NCBI RefSeq assembly: GCF_001458695.1
Contig: NZ_LN885086.1
Coordinates: 3,090,001-3,122,000 of the forward strand
From: Candidatus Nitrospira inopinata
GTDB lineage: Bacteria > Nitrospirota > Nitrospiria > Nitrospirales > Nitrospiraceae
Direction: 5' to 3'
DNA: 32,000 bases
Of the stretch, positions 1-6,849 are shown one piece after another; the stretch's first letter is position 1, and each line of letters starts with the position of its first letter. The translations under genes and the position numbers were made by a program. Under the pieces are notes generated by a model. That model was not told the DNA's origin. It worked only from the letters and a program-made list of their open reading frames with translations, and did not search any database.

Positions 1-11
1 CTTTTGCGACT

Positions 12-1031
12 GTGATGCGCCGCGCCGACGGATCTCGCACAACGATGAACCATGGGAACCTATTGTTAGCGAGCATGGCTTTGGATCGTCTGACCCTTGA
101 GCGCAGGCAGGTCTGGATTTACCTGCTCGCCATTCTTGCCGGCTTGTTGGTGGGAAGCGCGTGGAACGGCGTCGGACGACCCTTCGAAGCGCTCTTGTGG
201 CCGTCGCTGATGGTGCTGCTGTATACGACCTTTGTTCAGGTGCCGGTGCTGCATCTGCGCGACGCCTTTCGCGACCATCGGTTCGTGACGGCCATCCTGA
301 CCGGAAACTTCGTCGTCGTGCCCCTCGTGGTTTGGATGCTCGTGCAGTGGCTCCCGCCTGATCCGATGTTGCGACTGGGGGTGCTGCTCGTCCTGTTGGT
401 GCCCTGCACCGACTGGTTCATCACCTTCAGCCAACTGGGGGGCGGCAATGTGCCTCGCGCGATCGCGGTGACGCCCGTGAACCTGCTGTTGCAGTTGTTG
501 CTGCTGCCCCTCTATCTGTGGCTGATGCTCGGAGCCGACCTGTCGGAGGCCCTTCCACCCGCCGATATCTGGCCGGCGCTGGCCGTGGTTCTCCTTCCCC
601 TCGGCGTCGCGGCCGCGTCGGAACGGTGGATCGAAGCCCGCGCAGGGCGCACATGGCTGCGCGAGCGCCTGGCCTGGTGGCCGGTGCCGCTCTTGGCGTT
701 GGTCGTCTTCTTGATCGCGGGAGCGCAGGTCGGTGCGATACGGGACGCGCTGCCCCTCCTGCCGGCGGTCGTCCCGCTGTTCGTTGTGTTTTTGGCCCTG
801 GCCGCCTTGATCGCCAAAGGGTTGACGGAACTGCTGACGCTGCCGGCCGATCAAGGGAGAACCGTGGCCTTCAGCCTCGGCACGCGCAATTCCTTCGTGG
901 TGTTGCCCCTGGCCCTCTCACTGCCGGCCGACTGGCACGTCGCCGCCATCGTGATCGTCGTGCAATCGCTGGTCGAGCTCTTTGGAATGACGATCTACCT
1001 GTGGTGGGTCCCCCGCCACTTGTTCAGATAA
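12..1031 (+). CDS. Polytopic membrane permease, bile-acid:Na+ symporter / ACR3-like type (often annotated 'arsenic resistance protein')
   Basis: 339-aa ORF made almost entirely of L/V/P-rich hydrophobic segments (about 10 predicted TM helices). Segments LVPCTDWFITF and GTRNSFVVLPLALSL resemble SBF/ACR3-like carriers. There is no stop between the window edge and nt 12, so the start is uncertain; ATG at 75 is an alternative. Confidence 0.55.
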   Translation: MMRRADGSRTTMNHGNLLLASMALDRLTLERRQVWIYLLAILAGLLVGSAWNGVGRPFEALLWPSLMVLLYTTFVQVPVLHLRDAFRDHRFVTAILTGNFVVVPLVVWMLVQWLPPDPMLRLGVLLVLLVPCTDWFITFSQLGGGNVPRAIAVTPVNLLLQLLLLPLYLWLMLGADLSEALPPADIWPALAVVLLPLGVAAASERWIEARAGRTWLRERLAWWPVPLLALVVFLIAGAQVGAIRDALPLLPAVVPLFVVFLALAALIAKGLTELLTLPADQGRTVAFSLGTRNSFVVLPLALSLPADWHVAAIVIVVQSLVELFGMTIYLWWVPRHLFR

Positions 1032-1131
1032 GGACATCGCCTCCTCTCTTGCCCACCATTTCTTTCCCACCATTTGAGCCTCCAGTCTCGCGGAGAAAAG
1101 AATCATGCCGCCCAGTCCTTGACAAGCACCA

Positions 1132-1166
1132 GCTTCATGATGTAACCATTGGTTACATCATGAAGC
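1132..1166. promoter_or_regulatory. Perfect 35-bp palindrome (17+1+17) overlapping the start codon of the LexA-like gene; probable autoregulatory operator
   Basis: GCTTCATGATGTAACCA-T-TGGTTACATCATGAAGC, centred on nt 1149, with every arm position complementary. A consensus -35-like TTGACA lies at 1119-1124, 7 nt upstream. The ATG of the repressor gene (1160-1162) lies inside the right arm, and no Shine-Dalgarno is visible. Confidence 0.6.
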
Positions 1167-1714
1167 CAAGTGAACTCAAACGCCTTCGCGAGCAACTGGG
1201 CCTGACGCAGCAGCAGCTCGCCGAAGCGCTCAGGACAACCCGCGTCACTGTCGCCCGCTATGAAACCGGCATGAGACGGATTCCCGGAACCGTCTCCGTG
1301 GCCATCGAGCAGTTGCGGCAATCAGCCCCTCCTCTCACTATCCCGTTGGCGGGAACCGTTGCGGCCGGCTCCCCCATCGAGCCGATCGAGCAATCGGAAT
1401 CAGTCGAGATTCCTCCCGGCATGTTGAAGGGAGGAACGGTCTTCGCGTTGCGCGTCAAGGGAGACTCCATGAAAGACGAGGGGATTTTGCCCGGCGATCT
1501 GGTCATCGTTCGCAAGCAAGACACGGCCAGGAACGGCCAAACCGTCGTGGCGCTGGTCAATCGCGAGGCCACGATCAAAATCTATGTCAAAAAGGACACC
1601 CACATTGAACTACGCCCGGCCAACGTGACGATGGCGCCCATCATCGTGAAACCGTCGGATGAGTTTCGCATTGAAGGGGTCCTGGTCGGCGTGATTCGAC
1701 ATTGTGCAATCTAG
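1160..1714 (+). CDS. XRE-type HTH + peptidase S24 self-cleaving repressor (LexA/CI-like)
   Basis: N-terminus MKPSELKRLREQLGLTQQQLAEALRTTRVTVARYETG is a Cro/C1-type HTH. It has a LexA-like cleavage site (TVAAGSPIEP), the catalytic Ser in KGDSM and the Lys in EATIKIY, and an IELRPAN tail as in LexA. The long ORF from 518 is an Arg/Pro-rich read-through, so the start was chosen at the ATG at 1160. Confidence 0.85.
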   Translation: MKPSELKRLREQLGLTQQQLAEALRTTRVTVARYETGMRRIPGTVSVAIEQLRQSAPPLTIPLAGTVAAGSPIEPIEQSESVEIPPGMLKGGTVFALRVKGDSMKDEGILPGDLVIVRKQDTARNGQTVVALVNREATIKIYVKKDTHIELRPANVTMAPIIVKPSDEFRIEGVLVGVIRHCAI

Positions 1715-1728
1715 CAAGGAGGGATCTC

Positions 1729-1983
1729 ATGACCACGATGGAACAGCCTGCCACCCACAGCCGCTTGATGGACCTGGAACGGCTTGTCACGCTGTTGAAC
1801 GGACACCTACGGGCGTTGCAACGGGAACTGGATCAGATCGACGCTCGGTCTTCAGCACCTCGTCCTTGGCTGATCTGGCCCCACCAGCGGCGGAATCAGC
1901 TTTTGATGTCGGCGATCTGTAGCCGGCGCATCCGGCCCAATCTCAGAAGGCACGACCTCAACGTCTCCCCGACGCCACGTTGA
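1729..1983 (+). CDS. Hypothetical small protein (84 aa) immediately downstream of the repressor
   Basis: A strong SD (AAGGAGGG at 1717-1724, with GGAGG ending 6 nt before the ATG) precedes ATG 1729. The N-terminal half looks coiled-coil-like (LMDLERLVTLLNGHLRALQRELDQI). The C-terminal half is Arg-rich and non-descript, so the true length is uncertain. Confidence 0.3.
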   Translation: MTTMEQPATHSRLMDLERLVTLLNGHLRALQRELDQIDARSSAPRPWLIWPHQRRNQLLMSAICSRRIRPNLRRHDLNVSPTPR

Positions 1984-2208
1984 CAAAGGGATGGCACGGT
2001 CTCGAGCCACGAGGATCAAAACGGCTGTTATCGGCCATTCCCGCTGTTTTGCATCGGCCACGCGAAAAGGAAAATTTTTACATGCCGTCCATTTCATTGA
2101 AACGGAAGTCATGCTATGGTAGGCGGCGCTTCTTACGGAATAGCAAGAAAAACTCTTTTACGCCACCTGTCACCTCTGCCGTGAACGGAGAGAAAAAGGA
2201 GGAGACGC

Positions 2209-2889
2209 ATGAAAAGAAGTGTTAGCATGAAAAAAAGTGTTAGATTGCTCGCCTGCATCGGCCTGGCACTGACCCTGTCGGCACAGGCAGCCTACGCGGT
2301 GCCCCTGATTCCAGGCTCCTCCGTTATCCTCCCTGGCACCACCGTCGCTGCAGAGCCGCAGTTAGCCGGCGTGGTACTGGTGGATGACGTCGTGCCTTTT
2401 TCATTTGATGCTTATGGAGGCACCGTCTCCGGGACAGTTCAGGTTCGTGTGGTCCGTTCAGTTGTCGATAACACCCTTGATTTTTACTGGAGGGTCATGA
2501 ATGACGCGGCGTCGGCCGGTCCCATTGCCGATTTTCGCATCGGACAATTTACGGATACCTTCCAAAACGTGAACTTTCGCATTGATGGGCTGGGGGATGT
2601 CGATTCAATCAGCGCCTATCGCTTCAGCGGAGCTTTCGAAAGTTATGTTAACTTCAGTTTCGGCGATGCGCTTACTCCCGGGAGCTCCACCAAGTTCTTT
2701 TTTGTCGATACGGAGGCGCCCTCTTACCAAAGAACCGCTTTTTACGACCTCACCAACATCGGGCAGACACAGATTTCGCAGTCCTACCCCATGTATGCCC
2801 CCATCCCAGTGCCCGGTGCGCTCCTGTTGTTCGGCTCCGGCCTGATGGGTCTCGGCGCTGCTGTCTGGCGGTGGAAACGCAACGCATAG
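2209..2889 (+). CDS. Secreted protein with PEP-CTERM-like C-terminal sorting signal
   Basis: SD GGAGGAG lies upstream. The signal peptide is MKRSVSMKKSVRLLACIGLALTLSAQAAYA. The C-terminus PIPVPGALLLFGSGLMGLGAAVWRWKRNA has a Pro-rich motif, a Gly/Leu TM helix and a basic tail, which is the PEP-CTERM layout with VPG in place of PEP. Confidence 0.7.
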   Translation: MKRSVSMKKSVRLLACIGLALTLSAQAAYAVPLIPGSSVILPGTTVAAEPQLAGVVLVDDVVPFSFDAYGGTVSGTVQVRVVRSVVDNTLDFYWRVMNDAASAGPIADFRIGQFTDTFQNVNFRIDGLGDVDSISAYRFSGAFESYVNFSFGDALTPGSSTKFFFVDTEAPSYQRTAFYDLTNIGQTQISQSYPMYAPIPVPGALLLFGSGLMGLGAAVWRWKRNA

Positions 2890-2913
2890 CTACGATCTCT
2901 GTGACCGAGCATG

Positions 2914-2941
2914 ACCGGCGGCCCCGCACGGGGCCGCCGGT
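2914..2941 (+). terminator. GC-rich hairpin downstream of the PEP-CTERM gene (putative terminator)
   Basis: ACCGGCGGCCCC-GCAC-GGGGCCGCCGGT, a perfect 12-bp stem 25 nt after the stop. A second 9-bp hairpin follows at 2943-2964. There is no U-tract, so intrinsic termination is uncertain. Confidence 0.45.
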
Positions 2942-3108
2942 ACTTGCACAACGCCTTGTGCGAGGTCGTTGGTGGCTCACCAGGAGCCGACATCCAATCA
3001 ACAGCATGGCGGTTCCCTCCGTTAACCGCGCAGGTACCCATCGACCGTTGCTCCCACCACCGTGTCCGCCACTGTGATTAAAACACGATTCCTTTGAGCT
3101 TCTCCCAT

Positions 3109-3137
3109 TTGAGCTTCGTTCGCCGGCCTGATAGACT
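3109..3137 (+). promoter_or_regulatory. Candidate sigma-70 promoter for the Uma2 gene
   Basis: TTGAGC (3109-3114), a 17-bp spacer, then TAGACT (3132-3137). SD GGAGGA at 3155-3160 and ATG at 3165. The -35 element lies in the second copy of a 10-bp direct repeat TTTGAGCTTC (3093-3102 and 3108-3117). Confidence 0.3.
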
Positions 3138-3164
3138 AACTCCGCGCCCTTTACGGAGGATGGC

Positions 3165-3725
3165 ATGTCCACCGTTTCACGTTCGACCAAGCTCACCTAC
3201 GAAGACTATCTCCTGTTTCCCGATGACGGGAGGCGGCACGAGTTGATCCAGGGAGACCATTTCACGACTCCTGCGCCGAACACAAAGCATCAGCGGATCT
3301 TGGGACATCTGCACGTTGCCCTCTATGCGTATCTCCGGCAGCACAACATCGGTCAGGTCTATATTGCTCCCTATGACGTGGTGCTCTCCGACGAAGACGT
3401 GGTCCAACCGGACCTCTTATTCATCTCAACCGCGCAGCTTTCGATCGTCACCGACACCAACGTGCGGGGCACGCCCGATCTGATCGTCGAAATCCTCTCC
3501 GAGGCCACGCGCAAGAAGGACGAAGTCACCAAACGCAAACTGTACGAACGGTACAGGGTGCAGGAATACTGGCTCGTGGACCCGGCGCTGGAAACGGTCA
3601 AAATTCTCCGGCTGAGTGGAGCTCACTATGTGCGAGCCGCCGAACTCGCCAAAGAGGCCCAGGACGTCTTGACGACCCCATTGCTCCCCGGTTTGTCTCT
3701 GCCGCTCGCCGATCTCTTCGACTGA
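3165..3725 (+). CDS. Uma2 family (DUF820) PD-(D/E)xK-fold putative endonuclease, copy 1
   Basis: Typical family segments are present: TYEDYLLFPDDGRRHELIQG, VQPDLLFI, PDLIVEILSEATRKKDEVTKRKLYERYRVQEYWLVDP. Confidence 0.85.
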   Translation: MSTVSRSTKLTYEDYLLFPDDGRRHELIQGDHFTTPAPNTKHQRILGHLHVALYAYLRQHNIGQVYIAPYDVVLSDEDVVQPDLLFISTAQLSIVTDTNVRGTPDLIVEILSEATRKKDEVTKRKLYERYRVQEYWLVDPALETVKILRLSGAHYVRAAELAKEAQDVLTTPLLPGLSLPLADLFD

Positions 3726-3947
3726 CGCCGCGAGAGCGGTTCTGAGCCTTCGCATTGGTGATCGCCGCATTCTCCAACAGCAAAGACGGCATCCGCCATG
3801 GATTCGATCCTCCCCGATTGAGATCGGTATTGGCACGACCAAGCCAGAGCGCTCGGGCCGATCTTGACGTCTTGCTCACGCCTGCTAGGCTTTCAGAAGT
3901 GAAGCGCACAGTCCGTGCTCTGCATGGGTGGGAGACTTGCCAAGACC

Positions 3948-4319
3948 ATGGCCAGAGAGCGGGGCCACCGAGCAAAAGCCTGGGCTGCGATCGTAAGCGG
4001 CCTCCTGTTGCTGACGCTGTCAGGCTGCGCCATGAGTCACAAGCCGGATGGCGAGACCTACGAGATCCCGTCGCTCCGCGTCGTCTTTTTGGACCGGCCT
4101 CAGATTCAGGCGAAGTATGAGGAGATCACCGGGCAATCGGCTGTCATGATGACGCCGCGCCTGGCACTGGACACTCAGCGGCGGAAAGAAGCCGTCGTTG
4201 GATTTTATGATTATCGCACCCGCACGATCTATTGCCCCAAGATGGATTTCGAAATCTGCGGCCACGAATTGCACCATGCCGTCCTGGGCCGTTTCCATCT
4301 CGAAACCTCACGCGAGTGA
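3948..4319 (+). CDS. Small lipoprotein with HExxH motif (putative minimal metallopeptidase-like protein)
   Basis: Lipobox LLTLSGC follows the basic N-region MARERGHRAKAW. The C-terminal part carries CGHELHHAVLGRFH. The ORF opens at 3915, but ATG 3948 gives a canonical lipoprotein signal. Confidence 0.55.
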   Translation: MARERGHRAKAWAAIVSGLLLLTLSGCAMSHKPDGETYEIPSLRVVFLDRPQIQAKYEEITGQSAVMMTPRLALDTQRRKEAVVGFYDYRTRTIYCPKMDFEICGHELHHAVLGRFHLETSRE

Positions 4320-4331
4320 TTCATGATCGCG

Positions 4332-6260
4332 TCAGTTCAGCCGCACAATCCGCCCCTCAATCGAGGCGGAAAAAGGTTGAGAGAGAGTCTGGATAAAGGC
4401 GATCAGCGCGTCCAAATCCAACGGTCCTCCGATTTGATTCCTCCCTCCCAATAAAACAGTGAAATTGTCCCCGCCGGCTGCGAGAAAACTGTTGATCGTG
4501 ACGGTATAGGTCGCCAGCCGATCGATGGGGACGCCATCGCGCGACACTTCGACAATCCGGTCACCGATGGGCCGGTTGCCGTCCCAGACATAGGTCAAAC
4601 CCGACGTCTTGAGGATGCGGGGGAACGGTTGATTGACCCACTGTTGGTTGAGGAGGTCATAGATCTGCTGGCCGGTGAGTTCCATGCGAACCAAGCTGTT
4701 GCCGAATGGCTGAATCGTAAAGAGTTGCCCATAGGTGACCGGCCCGGCGGCCAAGTCGGCACGAATGCCTCCCGGATTCATGAACGCGAAGTCGGTTCCC
4801 AATGCCGCCCGCTGGGCATCGGCAATCAGATTGCCCAAGGCCGACTCGCCGCTCGGGCTTTCCGCCCGTACGAGATCCGTCGCCGCCGTGCCGATCACGC
4901 GGTTGACCAGCGGCGCCACTGTGGCCTGCGCCCGTTCAACTAATCGAGCCACTTGAGGATGAGGCGTGAGCCCCGGACCGGCATCGCGATAGGTCGTGAC
5001 GATCGATGCGCTTTTGGCGACCACGTCTCTGCTCTGCCGGTCGATCAGCAGATCGATGTCGCCATACGCAGTGCCCGCTGAAAAGGCCTGGGTGACAAGG
5101 ATCTCAGCGCCATTGCGGTTTTTGAGCAACGCGTTCGTAAAGGCGTGGGCATGGCCGGAGATGACGACATCGACGTCGTCATCCAAGCGAGAGACAATAT
5201 CCACCAACTCCCGGCCGTTGACGAGGCCGTTCGACTGCGTGGGGCCTTCGTACGTTGTCTGCCGTCCACCCTGATGCAGCAACACGATGAAGGTTCGAAG
5301 ACCATGGGTCTTGCGTAACCATCGCACGTAGCGGTTGATGCTGTCCGCCTCGTCCAAAAATTTGAGACCGGCCACGCCGGTGGGCGTCACGATCGTCGGG
5401 GTTTCCTTCAGCACCGCGCCGATAAACGCCAAGCGGACATTCTTCACTTGCTTGATAACGTAGGGAGGGAAAATGGGTTTCCCCGTCTTTTCATCGACCA
5501 CGTTGGCGGAGACGGTCGGAAACCGGGCGCCGCGGTAGGGAGTCTCCAGAAACGGACCGGACGGATGATTGCCGCCGTTCAGGAGCCGAAGCAGTTCGTC
5601 TTTCCCTTCGTCGAATTCATGATTGCCCGGCGTGCCCACGAGGTTGCACTTCGGATGAAGGCGACGATCGCGGCGTTCATCTTGCGCGTCATGCTCATCC
5701 CATCCCAACTCATCCCATCCCAGACGTCGCTCTTTGCGCTCGCGACGGTCATCGTGCCGGCAGTGCCGATTCGCCAAGAGATTCAAAAAACCGATCGACG
5801 GCTCATCCTGTAAAAGAGCCGATTCCGGTGGCGTCGCCCCGACGTGGTCGCCGGCATGGACAATGAAGGTCCGTTCCGATAGGTCCGGATCTCGTGGATC
5901 CTGTTGTGCCGCCTCCAGATAGGCGGCCAGCACCGCCGCGCCTCCCACCGGTCGATTCGCCACCCGGCGGCCTTCCGAGAGTTGCCCATGAAAATCGTTG
6001 ATCCCGAGCACTTGCACATGAAGAAGCGACTCGTTTTTTCTCCGGTGGAATTCAGGGCTTTTCCATTCCAGCTTTCGCTCCGCCTCTTTGCGACTCTCAA
6101 TCGTATCGTCTCGTCCGTCGTCGCGGTCCCAGTCGGGGGAATATCGCTCGACCGAACCGGCGGCGAAAACTGGTGACGTCACGCATGCTACGTCGAAACA
6201 CAGGAGACTCATAGCGATGAACCGAGCGATGAAAGAACAGCGGACTCCGTCGAGGCACAT
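4332..6260 (-). CDS. Bifunctional metallophosphoesterase / 5'-nucleotidase (UshA-like), secreted
   Basis: Calcineurin-like motifs INDFHG, HAGDHVG, GNHEFDEG, LHQGG and SGHAH are present. The 5'-nucleotidase C-terminal domain shows FMNPGGIRADL and IQPFGN. ATG 6260 is preceded by AAGGAG at 8-nt spacing and gives a signal-like N-terminus. The ORF track's 6302 start is a TTG without an SD. Confidence 0.85.
   Translation of the reverse strand: MCLDGVRCSFIARFIAMSLLCFDVACVTSPVFAAGSVERYSPDWDRDDGRDDTIESRKEAERKLEWKSPEFHRRKNESLLHVQVLGINDFHGQLSEGRRVANRPVGGAAVLAAYLEAAQQDPRDPDLSERTFIVHAGDHVGATPPESALLQDEPSIGFLNLLANRHCRHDDRRERKERRLGWDELGWDEHDAQDERRDRRLHPKCNLVGTPGNHEFDEGKDELLRLLNGGNHPSGPFLETPYRGARFPTVSANVVDEKTGKPIFPPYVIKQVKNVRLAFIGAVLKETPTIVTPTGVAGLKFLDEADSINRYVRWLRKTHGLRTFIVLLHQGGRQTTYEGPTQSNGLVNGRELVDIVSRLDDDVDVVISGHAHAFTNALLKNRNGAEILVTQAFSAGTAYGDIDLLIDRQSRDVVAKSASIVTTYRDAGPGLTPHPQVARLVERAQATVAPLVNRVIGTAATDLVRAESPSGESALGNLIADAQRAALGTDFAFMNPGGIRADLAAGPVTYGQLFTIQPFGNSLVRMELTGQQIYDLLNQQWVNQPFPRILKTSGLTYVWDGNRPIGDRIVEVSRDGVPIDRLATYTVTINSFLAAGGDNFTVLLGGRNQIGGPLDLDALIAFIQTLSQPFSASIEGRIVRLN
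5694..5723 (-). repeat. In-frame 15-bp tandem duplication inside the nucleotidase gene
   Basis: CTCATCCCATCCCAA / CTCATCCCATCCCAG (14/15 identical) encodes LGWDE-LGWDE within a highly charged insert. Confidence 0.9.
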
Positions 6261-6524
6261 GGGGAAACTCCTTTCGCGCGATGCGAGCCATCGGAACCTC
6301 AAGATCGGCTCGTGTGATCAACGGATCGCCGGCAACACCGGCCTACGAGTGAGCCATGCAGGAACCATACAGATGGAGGCGTTATCTGTTGATCGGAGAA
6401 TGGTCAACGGCGGGTAAACTTTTGTTTCAATCTCGCGTGAAAGCTAAACGGATCGCCGTCGCGTTGATGAGATGGCACGCGCCCCCTTCCAATTCCTCGT
6501 GGCGCTGCGCTACAGTGTCAGTGA

Positions 6525-6601
6525 GCCCCCGTAGCTCAGTCGGATAGAGCAGCGGTTTCCTAAACCGCGGGTCGCACGTTCAATTCGTGTCGGGGGCACC
6601 A
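6525..6601 (+). tRNA. tRNA-Arg (anticodon CCT), CCA encoded
   Basis: Folded by hand. Acceptor stem GCCCCCG/CGGGGGC, D stem GCTC/GAGC, anticodon stem GCGGT/ACCGC with loop TTCCTAA, T stem GCACG/CGTGT with loop TTCAATT, then discriminator A and CCA. A TACAGT -10-like hexamer lies at 6511-6516. Confidence 0.9.
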
Positions 6602-6628
6602 CACCTCTCCATCCTAATGAGACGGTCC

Positions 6629-6674
6629 CCATCCCTCTATTTGGGCTCTATCCATCCCTCTATTTGGGCTCTAT
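6629..6674. repeat. Perfect 23-bp tandem direct repeat (x2) in the tRNA trailer
   Basis: CCATCCCTCTATTTGGGCTCTAT occurs twice head-to-tail (6629-6651 and 6652-6674). It is followed by a second direct repeat, GATAGTTTTC, at 6679-6688 and 6692-6701. Confidence 0.9.
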
Positions 6675-6719
6675 CTGAGATAGTTTTCCGGGATAGTTTT
6701 CAAAGTTTCCTCTGACGAC

Positions 6720-6745
6720 GCAACGGGCGTACTCCGTTGCTTTTT
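6720..6745 (+). terminator. Rho-independent terminator, plus-strand oriented
   Basis: GCAACGG-GCGTACT-CCGTTGC followed by TTTTT. It lies 119 nt past the tRNA 3' end. The U-tract exists only for the plus strand. Confidence 0.55.
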
Positions 6746-6849
6746 GGAACCTTGAGGCATCGGCACCCGCAAAGAATATTCCGCGAGTCGCCCATGCCGG
6801 TGGGAGGAGGACTTGGGAGAGAACTTGCAAACCTTTGGGCAAAGACGAC

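Noticed and set aside
518-1159. N-terminal extension of the LexA-like ORF (398-aa version)
   Set aside because: The extension overlaps the permease gene in another frame and is Arg/Gly/Pro-rich nonsense. The HTH domain begins exactly at the ATG at 1160.
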